Shown: piece after piece, positions 39,845 through 56,000 of the stretch | Layout: each line of letters begins with the position of its first letter | Position numbering within the stretch: the first letter of the stretch is position 1 | Assembly (NCBI GenBank): GCA_014905635.1 | Contig: JABVCE010000015.1 | Span: forward strand, 186,001 to 250,000 | Source of the DNA: Scenedesmus sp. PABB004 | Taxonomy: Eukaryota | DNA: 64,000 bases | Direction of reading: 5' to 3' | Notes under the pieces: model-generated | What the model saw: the letters and a program-made list of their open reading frames with translations, nothing else | Told to the model about the DNA's origin: nothing | Database searches by the model: none | Made by a program: the position numbers and the translations under genes

Positions 39845-40838
39845 ATGGGCCCCGGCGGAGACGGCGGCGGGTTGCCGCTGCCGCCCGGGCTGTCGCCGGC
39901 GGGGCTGGACGCCATCGGCTTCGCCGGCGGCGGCGTGCTCGCCGTTTGTCTCGTGCCTCAGATCGGGAAAATCATCCTCAGCCGCTCCGCGCGCGACATC
40001 AGCATCACCTGGTCGCTGCTCTACATCGTCGGTCCGCCGCCGCGCCGGCCGCCGCTGCTGCCGCTGCTGCCGCTTGCTTCCGCTTCACTCTGTGACCATC
40101 GCGCGTGTGCAGGGCTCACGCTGTCGCTGGTCTACCTCATCCTCAAAAATGCCCTCGCCGCGTGGATCCCGCTCGTCATAGAGGTGCGCCGCGGCGCCGC
40201 CGCCGCTGCCGTCCGCCCCCCGCACGCGTCGTCCTGCCGGCGTCGCGGCGCCGCCGGCAGTGCGGCGCGGGGGCGGCCGCGCACCTCGCCGACGCGCCGC
40301 GCCGACGCGCCGGCTGCCGCCATGCGCGCGCGCACCGCGCCGCGCGCCACAGATCCTGGGCTGCCTCGTCATCATAGCCCTGAAGCTCTTCTTTGAGCAC
40401 ACCGCGGCGGGGCGGCGCTGGAGCGGCGCGGAGCTGCCGCCGCCGCGCGGACCCCGGTCGCTCGCCGCGGCGGCCGCGGCGGCGGCGGCCGACGCCTCGC
40501 TCGGCGGCGTGAGCCACGTCAGCAGCCTCGGCGGCAGCAGGCACGGCGGCAGCAGGCACGGCGGCAGCAGGCACGGCGGCGGCAGCAAGCACGGCGGCGG
40601 CAGCAGGCACGGCGGCACGGAGCATGTGGAGGTGGTCGCCGTGGCGGCCGCGGCCGCCGCCGCTCACGACGGCAGCAGCCGGCACGGCGCGGGCGCGGTC
40701 GGCGCGGGCTGGCGCGCGCCCGCCAGCCCGCGGCAGGGGGCCGAGCAGCCGCTGTTCGGCCCGGGCTGGCGCGGGCTGCAGGCGGTGCAGCCGATGGCGC
40801 GGCCGCAGCCGGCGGCGCACGCGGCGCAGCAGCAGTGA
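39845..40838 (+). CDS. Single PQ-loop (SemiSWEET-like, 3-TM) membrane protein with a Gly/His-rich tail
   Basis: IGFAGGGVLAVCLVPQIGKIILSRSARDISITW, GLTLSLVYLIL and ILGCLVIIALKL, followed by (G)GGSRHG repeats. Confidence 0.8.
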
Positions 40839-41806
40839 ACCTTCCCGACTGTATTGTTTCGCGGTCAGCAGCCGACCGCGCTGCTAAGTAAAGCTGTCGG
40901 TGGTAGTTGACCCGCGCCGCGCGCGGGTGCGCGGCCTGCGCGAGGGGCGTGCGTCACGTGGCAGAGAGGGAGAGGAGAGAGACCGCGGGCGGCACCTGGC
41001 GCGCGCCGTGGGTGCGTCGTGTGTGAGCTGGCCAAACCTGCCTGTTGCTCTTCTGTGCTTTGACCGTCGCACGCATCCCCGGGGCCGCCGGCGACGCCGC
41101 CGGCGACGCCGCCGGCGCCCACCTAGCTTATCTTGATTTTCTGAGCTAGCCCCCTGCATCGACCTTGCCCTCCCCGACCTAGCTGACGGCTCGCTTCTTG
41201 CTCGGGAGAGTTAACCGACTCTGTTACTCTGTTGCTCGTGCTATCGTCGGGCGCGGCGCGGCGCGCGCACGAGCGCAGCGCCGCCCGCGCCCCGCTCGCT
41301 CGCTGCCGCTCGCCAAAACGTCGCCGCGTGCTCAGCCTGCAGGCCGGGGGTCCATGCGTCCCGTGCGGCCCAGCGCCCCGCCGCCGCCCCGCGCGCCCCG
41401 TCCTGCGCTGCGCTGCACGCGCGGCCGCGAGGGGACAACACTCTTCATTCACTTTCCACCCCACGACACATACACACATGCGCGCGCGCGCCGGCAGAGG
41501 CCGGGCAGCGCGGCTCACAACGATCGACAGACAGACGGCGCACGCCGCGCCGGAACGGCGCGCGCGCGCCCGCCCGTCCAGACACGCAGCGCTGCGTTAC
41601 GCGGCGCCCCAGCGCTGCGCTCTCAGGTGCTCCCATGCTGCTAACGCCCCCGCCCCCGGCGCCTAGCGCCGCCGCAGCCCTGCCCTGCCCCTCCGCCCCG
41701 CCCCCGCCGCCCTGCCTCGGCCCCGGCCGGCGCCGGCGCCGTGCCCTTCCTGACCTGCCGCGCTCGGCTCCACGCCCGGCGCTCAGCTTCGCGCCCGGCG
41801 CTCGGC

Positions 41807-45467
<3,661 letters not shown>

Positions 45468-45833
45468 GCCGATCCGACGGCGCGGCTGCTGCTGAACGCG
45501 GCGACGCGCGCGCTGCGGTCGCTGCTGCTGCTGCTGCTCGAGCGGGCTGCGAACGCCCGCGCGAGCGATCGGCGTGGGCGTGGCGCGTTGGGCGGGCGCG
45601 CCGCGCCGAGGGATCGCGTGGGGCGAGGCAATGCGCGGCGCGTGCGGCGGTGCGGTCGAGCGCAGCGGGCGCCAAGTCCAGGCGCCGGGGTTTCGTTCGA
45701 CGCCGAGTGCAGCGGTCGCGGGCGGAGTCCTCCCGCCCCGCTCACGCTGCCTGCGAGTGAACGCCGCTCGCTGCTGCAGAGGCCGTGCGCCAGGGCCCCG
45801 ACACCAACCGCTGCTGCTCCTGCTCCTACGAGC

Positions 45834-45915
45834 ATGCAGGACCCCCCGGCGCCCCCCGACCGCGCCAGCGAGCCGGGGGGTGATGCCGGGCAGGCGCCGC
45901 GGGGGCAGCCGGCGC

Positions 45916-45952
<37 letters not shown>

Positions 45953-48337
45953 GGCGGCGCGGGCGAGCAGCAGCAGGGCGCGCCGCTGCCACCGGCGCCG
46001 CGTGGCCCGCCGGCTGCAGCTCCTGCGGAGGAGGAGCAGCAGCAGCCGGCCCCCCGCCCGCCACGCTGGGCGCCGTTGCGGGCGCGCTGGCGGGCAACGC
46101 GCGGGAGCTGGCGCAGCTGGAGGCGGCGCGCGACGCGGCGCGGGCGCGGCGCGCCGCGCTCGCGGCGCGGCGCGCGGAGCTCGAGCAGCGCGCCGTGCTG
46201 CGCGCCCTCGCCGCCGCGCCGCCGCTGGGCACGCACCGCGGGCGCCCTGTCGCGGCGGCGCTGCTCTGGCGCGGCCTCGAGCGCTGGGGCGTGCTGGACG
46301 GCGGCGCGAGCGCCGCCGCGGCGGCGGCGCCGCTGCTGGACGCGCTCGGCGCGGTGCTCAGCGAGCAGCTCGCGCTCGAGCGTGACGAGTCCGCGCCGGC
46401 GGCGGTGGCGGGCCTGCAGTGCAGCGTCGCGCGCTGGCTCGCGGCCGACGCGGCGCTGCTCTGCCTGCTGACACGGGCGACCGCGCCGGCCGCGGGCCGC
46501 GCCGGCGCGCAGGCGGAGCACGGCCGGCTGAGCGCGGCCGAGGCGGTCACCGCCGCGGCGCGGCGCGTGGGCCAGCTGCAGCAGCAGCTTGCGGACCGTG
46601 TGGCGCCCGGCCTGACGGCGCTGGGCCGGCGCTTCAAGGGCTGGGGCCTCGCGGCCGGCCAGGCGCAGCAGCCGGCCGCCGCGCACGGCGACGGGCCCGG
46701 CGGCCGCAGCCAACACGTGGCCGCGGGCGACGCGCCGGGCGGCGCGGCGGGCAGCGACGGCGACGGCGAGCCCCCCGGCGGCGACCGCGGGGACGCGCCG
46801 CCGCCGCCGCCGCCGCAGCTTGAGCGGCAGGGCACCGCCGGCAGCGGCGGCAGCTTTGCCAGCGGCGGCGCCGCGCCGCCGGCGCGGGCGCAGCAGCAGC
46901 CCGTGCAGGAGTTTCTGGTCACGCTCGACGGCCTCGTGCAGCGGGCGTACTGCCTCCTCCGTGACCAGCTCAAGCGCCGCCTCGCGCCGCTGCTGTCGGA
47001 CTGCGTGCAGATGGCCGCCGCCGGCGCGCAGGAGGGGGACGGCGCGGGCGCGCGCGAGGGCGCCGCCGCCACGGCGTCGCCGGGCTCGCCGGGCAGCGGC
47101 GGCAGCGGCAGCGGCGGCAGTCACGTGAAGGCCGTGGCCGGCGCGGCCGCGGCGAGCGCGGACGAGGCGGAGCAGCAGCTGCTGACGTGGCGGAGCTGGA
47201 GCGAGCTCGTGGGCGTGCTGCACGCGGCGCTCGTCGCGCTGCGCGGCGCGGGCGTGCCGCGCGGCCTGACGGCGGCGCTGCTCGAGCAGGCGCTCGCCTT
47301 TGTGAACTGCCAGCTCTTCAACCAGCTGCTGCTGCGCCCCGAGTGCTGCTCCGTGGCCAACGCACGCTACGTGCTGCGCGGCGTCAAGCAGCTCGACGGC
47401 TGGCTGCTCGCGGAGCACAGCGCGGCCGGCGTGCCGCCGCCCTGGGCACCGCCCAAGCGCGGCATAGCAGGCGGCGGCGGCGGCGGCGGCGGCGCAGCTG
47501 GCGGCGGCGGCAGCGCAGCTGGCGGCGCGCACGGCGGCGCGGCGGACGGTGGCGCGGCGGGCGACGGCGGCGGCGACGGTTCGCCGTCTGCGGCCGGCGA
47601 CGAGCCCGGCTGGGAGCAGGTCCCGGCGGACGTCGGCGAGTTTGACGCCTGGGCGCCGCCGCCGGCGCCCGCGCAGCCGCAGCGCGGCGGCGGCCCGGCG
47701 GGCGGCGCGGCCGCAGCGGGCGCGGCGGCGGGCGCGCCGCACGACGTCCGCCCGGAGGCGTGGCACGCGCTGTCGCACGTCCGCCAGGCGCTGCAGTTTC
47801 TGGTCCTCGAGTCGAAGGGCGCGCTGGGGCTTGAGGAGCTGGGGCAGGTCGCGCCCGCGCTCACGCCGGCACAGCTGTACCGCCTGTGCACGACCGCGTG
47901 GGACGACGCGCCCGCGGGCCCGGTGCGCGGGCCGGCCGCGCGCGGGCCCGCGCCGCCCGGCCGCGCTGCTCCCGCCCGGCCGCGCCGCGTCCGCCCAACG
48001 ACCACGCCACGGCCGCCGCCGCCGCCCCACAGACGCGGCCGTGTCGGGCGAGCTGCTGGAGGCGCTGCAGCGCGCGGCGGGGCTGTCCAGCAACGGCGGC
48101 CTCATCGTGACGTGCCTGCTGGACGAGCCGCCCGCGGCGCCGCCGTTTGTTGTGGCCGGCGGCGCCGGCGGCGGCGAGGGCTCCGCCGCGCGCTGCGCGC
48201 CCGCGGCCGTGGAGTCGTGGGACGACGGCCGCGACTACGGCGAGGGTCTGCCGGTGCCGCCCGCGCTGCTCGACGCGGGCGCGCCCGCCGAGGCCTGGGC
48301 GTGGCTGGGGGACGCGCAGCCGTGGCCGCCCGCGTGA
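45834..48337 (+). CDS. Myosin XI globular-tail/Dilute (DIL) domain protein with no motor domain; 5' structure uncertain
   Basis: GRPVAAALLWRGLERW, AYCLLRDQLKRRLAPLLSDCVQ, ALAFVNCQLFNQLLLRPECCSVANARYVLRGVKQLDGW, LSHVRQALQFLV and PALTPAQLYRLCTTAWDD are all typical of the myosin XI tail. Confidence 0.8.
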
Positions 48338-49166
48338 GCGCGCGCTGCGGCGGCGAGCGAGCGGCGGCGGCGAGCGAGCGGGAAGCGAGCGGAGAAGCGG
48401 CACACATAAGGCGGCCGCCCTGCTACTTGCGCTCTGCGCAGGCCGGCGCTGCGGCCTCGGTGCTGGCAGGCGCGCGCGCCGCCAGGAACCGCTCTGACGC
48501 GCGGGGTGCGCTGGCTGCCCGTTGCAGCCCGCTCGAGCGAGCTCGCGCGAGCTCGCGGCGCACCCTCGTGCCAGCCTGCGCCTTACTCCGCGCAGGCCAG
48601 CGCCGCCACGACCAGCGACACGCTCAGGCGCCAGGCAACTCACGCGGCTGATATTCATGCGCACCCGGGCCAGCGGGCGCTGGCCCGCATCATCCATCCG
48701 GAGCCACATGGGTCTGTGCATCTCTCTGTTATTCCCACGAGGCGAAGTGCAGACGGCGCCGACCGGGGTCACATGGAGGTGGTCGGGTGAATCGGAGAGC
48801 GGCGCGCAGCGTGTCCGAGGGGGCGCCAGGCGGCACGCGCGGACGGCGCATGCGCGTGCGCGTACGGCGACAAAAGGAAGAGGCAGTGGAGGGGCAGAGC
48901 GCGTCGGCAGGTGCGCGCGGCGAGGCGAAAGCAGCGAGAAACAGAGGCGTGCGCCCCACTCAAGCAACACCAGCGGTCGGCACCACCCAGGAAGCAGCGT
49001 CCGGCATGCGCGCGCGCGGCACGTGCGTGAGGGTTTAGGAGGAGAGGAAGCAAACAGACCCCGACCGGCGAGCCCCGGGCCCAGATCCCGCGCCCAGATC
49101 CCGAGCCCCCCGCAGCCAAGCAAGCCCCAACCAGTCACCGCTGCAAGGCTTCCTCAGCAGCACCAC

Positions 49167-50300
49167 CTACCCGGACGCCTTGGCCGGCGGCGCCTTGGCG
49201 CCGCCGCCGGCCGCGGACGCCGCGCCGCAGCGCGCGGCGCAGCCCGGCTCGGGCGTGCTGTAGAGCGCGCCCTTCTGCACCGGCGCGCGCGAGTCGGTGA
49301 AGTAGGCCAGCGTGCTCGCGGGGATGGCGGCCGTCGCGGCCATCACAAACTGGTCGGCGGCAGGGGGGCACGAGCGCGAGGGAGGGCGGGGGCGGTCGGG
49401 CGGGCCGGCGCGGCGTGCGGCGTGAGGGAAGGCGCAGGGCGGCGACCGCGCGCGGCGGCGGCGCGGGAGCGGCGGCGCGGGAGCGGCGGCGCGAGCGCGG
49501 CGGCGCGGGCGGGGGAGCGGGGCGCGGCGGCGACGCGCGGGGGCGTGGCGCACCTGCAGGCCCGGGTTGGGCGGGAAGACGAACGAGGCGGACGCCTCGG
49601 CGCAGCCGCGGTTGACCACCCAGTGAATGAGGCCTGCGGCGCAGCGGGGGCGCGTGAGAGGGGGCGGGCGCGGGGGCGGCGGCGCCTGAATGAACCCTCA
49701 GGGAGCCCGCTGTGTGTGCCCGCTGTGCGTGCCTGCCGCGCGTGTGTGTGTGTGCGCGCGCGCACCCTGAGGGACGAGGAAGACGCCGTTGGTGGGCGTG
49801 AGCTCCGCGCTGACCACCTTGCCGGCCTCGTCCACATAGCCAACAGTGAGCTCGCCCGTGTGCGCCATCACGAGCTCCGAGCCGCGCGGGTGCGTGTGCA
49901 CCTGCGCGCGCGTGCGCGGGCGGCGCGGGCGGTCACGGGCGGAGACGCGGGCGCGCTGGCGCTCGTCGGTCACGGCCGGCGGGCGGCGCGCGCCTGGAAG
50001 CCGGTGCAGGGCTTGAACTTGGTGGCGAGCACGAAGTTCGAGCTCGTGTTGGCCTGGAACAGCGTATCGCCGCTGCCCTCGGCGAGCTTGGAGAAGAACT
50101 GCGGGCAGCGGAACGGCGCGCGTCGGCGCCGCCGCCGCGGCGCTCGCCGCGCCGCGGCGCGTGCGCGCCGAGCCCGCTGCTGCGGCGCGACGCGGGCGCA
50201 CCGTGAGGCCCGGCCCGGGGGCGGCGTCCTGCGCCGCGGCGAGCGGCGTGGCGAGCAGGAGGGCGCCGAGCCCAAGCCAAGCCCAAGCGTGGGGCGCCAT
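49167..50300 (-). CDS. Secreted germin-like cupin protein, multi-exon
   Basis: Signal peptide MAPHAWAWLGLGALLLATPLAAA, germin box HTHPRGSEL, VFLVPQ-GLIHWVVNRG and NPGLQ. Confidence 0.85.
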
Positions 50301-50632
50301 GATCGCGCGGCTGACCGTAGCGGCGGGCAGAAAGCGCGGCCGCGAAATGTCGTGACTGACCGGAAGGCGGGCGGCGGGCGATGGCGATGGGGCGCGCGCG
50401 GCCCGAGAGTGTGCTGCCTCCGCCCGCGTGGCAGGGCTCAGGCGGGTCCCCACGCGGCGCCGCAGCGTGCTGAGCGCGTCTGTATGGCCCATCAGCAGCT
50501 CCCGACCGCGCGGGAGAGCCGCTGCGCACGCGCATTGCCGGACGCCAGGCGCCGCGAGCTCGGCGTGGCGCTGGCCCGCCACCCACGCGGTGCCGAGCAG
50601 CGATCGCAGCCGCCAGCCACTTCCTTCGCAGC

Positions 50633-50639
50633 TATAAAA
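50633..50639 (+). promoter_or_regulatory. Candidate TATA box
   Basis: TATAAAA in a GC-rich divergent intergenic region, about 320 bp upstream of the ATG at 50958. Confidence 0.35.
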
Positions 50640-50957
50640 GCTTCTGGTCAGCACCGCAGGCGCGCGGGAGCCTCTTGCGCGCCAGAAGGCGCCGCAGCAG
50701 CGGCGCGCGCGCCGGTGACGCCGCCGCCGGCGGCTAGGCTGGAATCCCCCCCCCCCCGCGGCGCGCAGCGCGGGCGCATGTTTGTGACGACGCGACTCCG
50801 TTGGCCGCCACGCCAGTGCGCGAGGCACGCTGCCTGGTCATTTCTTGGCCCGGTCCGCGCTGCGCCGCGGCCGCCTCCTTCGCCCCCCCCTGCTGCGCGC
50901 GGCGAGCCGCCCCGCGCCCACTTCCCCGATCTCGCGCCCCGCCCGCCCGTCGCCGCG

Positions 50958-52608
50958 ATGCGCGCGCGCGCCGCCGCCCCCGTGGGCGGCCTGCTGCTGC
51001 TCCTCCTCCTCGCGCAGCGCGCGTCCGCCGCGCGCACGCTCAGCCAGGCGCCGCGCGACCCGTTCGCCCGGGACGACGCGCTGCTGGCGCAGCCCGACGT
51101 GGGCCTGCGCATCGAGGGCCGCGGCGACCTCGGCGGCGCGCTCGAGGGCCTGCTCGGCGCGCTCAACGCGCTCGCGGCCAGCGTGCCGCGCCTGGGCTCG
51201 CTCGCGCAGTCGCGCACCGCGGCGCGCGGCGCGTTCGAGGCGCAGCGCCGCGAGACGTCCGCCTTCATCGCGACGTCGCCGCTCAACAGCAACGCGACCG
51301 CGACCGGCGGCGCCGCGTCCAACTCGACCGGCCGCTCCGCCGCCGCGGTCGACACGCGCGCCGCAAGCGTGACCAAGGGCGTGCTCAACGACGACGACAC
51401 CGACGGTGCTGTGTGCATGCTGCGCGCGCGCGCGCCCCGCGCGCCCCGCGCACCGCCGCCCGCCCGCGCCGCCCGCCCGCCCGCGCCCGCAGCCAAGGAC
51501 CTGGGCGCCGCGGCGGGCGTGCAGGGCGCGAGCGTGGCGTCGGGCGGCGCCGCCGGCGGCGCGGGCGGCTCGCAGCTGCGCGGCACGGCGGAGACGCTGG
51601 CGGGCGAGAAGCTCGGCGGCGACCGCGACGTGGGGTCGCTCGCGATCGGCGAGCGCGACGGCGGGATCGGCTCGGCCGCCCTCTTCCAGCGGGGCATCGG
51701 TGAGGAGCGCGGCGACGCGTGCGCGCGCGCGCCGCGCACGCGTAGCGCGCTCGCCCGGCGCGCAGCCTCGGACCGCCCCGGCCCGCCGCGCCGCGTCGCC
51801 GCGCCGCCGGCAGGCGAGCGCGTGTCGGCGCGGCTGCACTCGGCCGCGCTCGGCGCGGTCGCGCCGTCCGACCAGCGCGGCAAGGGCGGCGACAAGGGCG
51901 GCGCGCTGCCGCCGCCGCCGCCGCTGGACGGGGGCGGGCCGGCCAACTTTGGCGCGGGCGTGACGTTTGCGTCGGTCGACGCGGGTGTGCGGCGTCGCGC
52001 GCGGGCCCGCCCGGGCCGCGCGCCGAGGCCGCGCTCCAGGCCGCAGCGCGGCGCGGCGCTCCCTAGCCGACGCCTTGCGGCCTCATCACGCCACCGCGCC
52101 GCGCACCCTGCCGCAGAGGACCTGCCCAAGCCGGGCTTCTCCAGCACCGCCGACTTTGGCGCGCCGGCCAACACGCTCGCGAGCACGATCGCCGCGGGCA
52201 CCGCCAACCGCTACGGCTACACCAACAGCCAGCTCAACGCCGCCGCCGCCACGGTGTGGGGCCGGCCCGCGCGGCGCGCGACGCGCGGCGCGCGGCCGCG
52301 GCGGCGGCGCGCGCGCGCGCGCGCACCCCGCAGCGCTCACAGCCGCCGCCGCCCGCGCGGGGCGCCTGCAGGCGCGCGGCACGAAGCGCGCCAAGGCGGC
52401 GGTGCAGGGCGGCGAGGTCGGGACGGGGTTTCAGATCGGCACCAGCACCGCCGCGGCGCGCACCTTCCTCACCAAGGCCAAGGAGGCGCCCAAGGAGAAG
52501 GGCGACAAGGGCGACAAGGGCGGCAAGGGCAAGGGCGGCAACACGGCCGGCCACGGCGACAAGGGCAGCACGGCCGGCGGCAAGGCGAGCGACGCGCGCA
52601 AGCCCTGA
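50958..52608 (+). CDS. Secreted Gly/Ala/Ser/Thr-rich hypothetical protein, multi-exon
   Basis: MRARAAAPVGGLLLLLLLAQRASAARTL signal peptide, coding-like exons separated by GT..AG introns, N-glycosylation sequons (NAT, NST) and a GDK-repeat C-terminus. Confidence 0.65.
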
Positions 52609-53011
52609 GCGCGGCGCGTGCAGCTCGCTGGGTGCGGGCGCGGGCTGCGCGGGCGCTCGGGCGAGCGGGCTGGGCACAACGTGATTACTCAGCAGTTTGA
52701 CCAGCCGCGCTGATGTGGGGGTGCGGCCGGCGCCGGCGGGCGCCGCCGCATGCGTTGGGAGGTTCTCCCAACGGTTCTGTGTGTGACAAATAAATTGCGT
52801 CGTCGGCGCGAGGGCCGCGTCAGGCACGCCGAGCGATGCCAGCAGCCAAGCAGTGCGCAGTGCGCAGTCTCCAGGCCGGCACGGCCGCCGCACGCGCGCG
52901 CAGCACGCAGCGGCAGCCCGCCGCCCCGCTCCCCCCTCCCCGGTTCGGCGCCCGCGCCCGCGGCGCCGCCGCCCTGCCCCGCCGCGGTCAACGCGCGCGC
53001 TCGCCGCGCGC

Positions 53012-56000
53012 TCACACGGGGGGCACCAGCACCTTGTTGACGATGTGAGAGACTTGCTGCGCGGGCAGCGCGGGGGCAGCGCGCGGGCGGCGCCGTGTGG
53101 GTGCTCGGCAGGGCACCGCGGCGGCGGCAGCCTCCTGGCTGTCCCACTAAAAACCCAAGCCCCGAGCCCAGCAAAACCCCGAGCCCCGGGCCGCACAATC
53201 GGGGTGGTGATGTCGGCAAAGACGATGCGGCTCGTGGTCGGCGCGGGCGTGGAGGGGTATGCGATCCTGCGGGCGCGGGCGGGGACGAGGGCGCGTGAGA
53301 CGCGTGTGGCCGCGCGCTCGGCAGCCCCGCGCGCCGGCAGCGCCGCGTGGCTTTGACCGGGTTCGAAACAAGTGTGTGACGCAAATGAAAACACAAACGT
53401 AATGCAAACACGTCACGTCAACGCACCACATCTTGGGCATCGTCCCGAAGCCGTAGATCTCGATCTTGTAATCCAGCGCCAGCGCTGGGTTGCCCGCGCT
53501 GCGCGCGAGCTTGGTGGCGCAGGGGTTGTCGCGCTGCTCAAACGGCGTGTACTGGCCGGGCGGCGGCGGCAGGCGCGGGCGCGGCGGCGCGGCGGCGTGG
53601 GCCGGCGGGCGCGGGCGCGGGCGCGGGGGCTGCGCGCGCCGCCGCACGGGCGCCAGGCGCGCGTCCGCACCAGGAGCTGGCCCGGGAACTGCACGGGGCA
53701 CTGGTGGTAGCGCAGGATCGCGTTGAGCTGGTCCGGCTGCACCGGCGGCGCGGCGGCAAACGCCTGCGGGGCCCCGGGGCAGGCAGGGGGCGAGAGCTTG
53801 CTTGTCGGCCAGCGGCGGCGGCGGCCAGCGGCGGTGCGAGGCGCAAGCCTGGCCGTGCGCGCGCGTGTGCGAGCCTCCCGGCCCGCGCCCGCACCGCGTT
53901 GTTGGGCGCGGCGAGCGTCTCCCGGCTCTCTTCAATGCTCTGAATGTACCCCGGCTCGCGGCTCTCCATCACCTGCGCGGCGGCAGCGTGGCCGGAGCTC
54001 GGATCCTCCCCGCGCCGTCTGGCTCCCGAGCCCTGAGCCCTGCGAGCCCAGCGCCCTGAGCCCTGGCCCCTGAGCCCTGGCCCCTGAGCCCTGGCCCCTG
54101 AGCCCTGGCCCCTGAGCCCTGAACCCCACCGCGAGCACGTCAGCGAGGCTGGTGAGGTTCATCTTGGAGATCATGGCTGCCAGGGAGGGGAAGATGTCAT
54201 TCGCGCCCAGGACCTGGGGTTTAGGGGCAGGGAACGAAACAGAGGGTTTAGGGCGACAGGGGCCGTGGCGGGGCCGGCAGGGCTCGGGGCGCGCGGCGCG
54301 CGCAGGGGCGAGCGGGGGCGGCGGGGCGCGCGGCGCGCGCGGCCGCGGGGGCCGCGGCGCGCGCGGCGGGTCGGCCGGCGGCTCGGGTGGCGGCGGCGGC
54401 GGCGGGGTGCGCAGCGGCGGCTCGGGCGGCGGCAGCGGGGCGCACCGCGTTGATGGTGTGGATGATGCCGCCGCCATACACAAACTTGTCGACCTGCGCA
54501 GCAGCCGGCGGCGGCGGCGGCGCGGCCGCGGTCGCCGCCTCCTCCCACCCACCGCCCTGAGCCGGCCGCGTCAGCGGCCGCGCGCTCATAACATGACGCA
54601 ACAGACCGACAGCGCAGCAGCCCCGGGGGCGCACCGTCTCAAACTGCGCGACGTCGCCCTGCTCGTCCCTCAGGTAGTTGTAGAGCGTGGTGCAGTTGGG
54701 GCACCCCGGCTGCGTCGGGAGGGTGGTGGTTTTGGTGGCGGCGGTGCAGCGGCGGCCGCGGGGTCAGCGGTCTGCCGCGGCGCGCGCCGGCCCGCGCGGT
54801 GCGTGGAGCAGCGCCCGGCGCGGCGCGGGGCACACGTTGAGGTCGATCGTCACGAACTCGACCATGTGGGGCCCGTTGATGGAGCGGTAGGCGGTCGTGT
54901 AGTTGGCCGTACCAATCACAAACTCGCACGCAAACACGCTGCAGCGGCGGCCGCGGCGGCGGCAGCCGCGGCGGACGCGTCGGCCGGGCGCGGCGGCGGC
55001 GCGCGGCGGCGGCGGCGGCACGCCGCGCGCGCGTCCAGCGGGCGCGTCGGCGCGGCGCGGCGCGCCGCCGCGCGCGACGCCGAAGAGCCGTCGTCCCGCG
55101 CACCGCAGCAGGACGACATGGTATTTGAGCAGGCGCGCGAGGAAGCGCGACACAAAGGCCTCATACTCCTCGGCCAGGATGTCGATCGCGGTCTGCCCAA
55201 TGTACTCCAGCACCGCCTGCGCGCGCGGGGGCAGGGGGCGGTCGTTGTATTGTTGGTTTTGAGGGCCTGCCCCGCGCCCGGCGCGGGCGGCTCTCTCGTT
55301 CACAGCGCTGCGGCGCGGCGCCGTCGGCGGCGGCGCGGGGGCTGCGGCGGCTGCGGCGGCTGGCGCGCGCGGCGGGCGGCCCGCGCGCGGCGCCGCCCAC
55401 CTCGTTGGTCGGCGCGAGCAGCGTGCTCACGAAGGAGCCGTTGAAGAGGTCGACCATGCCGGCGATGCGCACCGCGGTGCTGAACAGCGTGAGGTTGGGG
55501 TTGTTGCTGATCCAGTCCCACGCGGTCGGGAAGTACGGCGCTGCGGGGCCGTGCGGTGCGTGCGGTGCGTGCGGTGCGTGCGGTGCGTGCGGTGCGTGCG
55601 GTGCGTGCGGTGCGTGCGGTGCGTGCGGTGCGTGCGGTGCGTGCGGTGCGTGCGGTGCGTGCGGTGCGTGCGGTGCGTGCGGTGCGTGCGGTGCGTGCGG
55701 TGCGTGCGGTGCGTGCGGTGCGTGCGGTGCGTGCGGTGCGTGCGGTGCGTGCGGTGCGTGCGGTGCGTGCGGTGCGTGCGGTGCGTGCGGTGCGTGCGGT
55801 GCGTGCGGTGCGTGCGGTGCGTGCGTGCGTGTGTGGGCGTGGGAGCGGTTGCCGTTGGGCGCGCGTGTGTGTGTGTGTGTGCAGGGGGGAGGGGGGAGGG
55901 GGCGGAGGCGTGCGCCAGCGAAGCAGCGCAGCGCCGCGGCGCACCCGGGTTGGGGCAGGGGCGCCAGCACTTCATGTGGTGCTTGTGGCTCGACCTGCCC

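Noticed and set aside
48522..52700. 1392-aa + strand ORF
   Set aside because: It is a composite that runs through intergenic DNA, the antisense of the germin gene and unspliced introns. Only parts after 50958 are real exons.
55551..55822. CRISPR-like array or CGA/HAP repeat protein
   Set aside because: It is a perfect 9-bp tandem repeat without spacers, inside an intron of a eukaryotic gene, and no cas genes are present.
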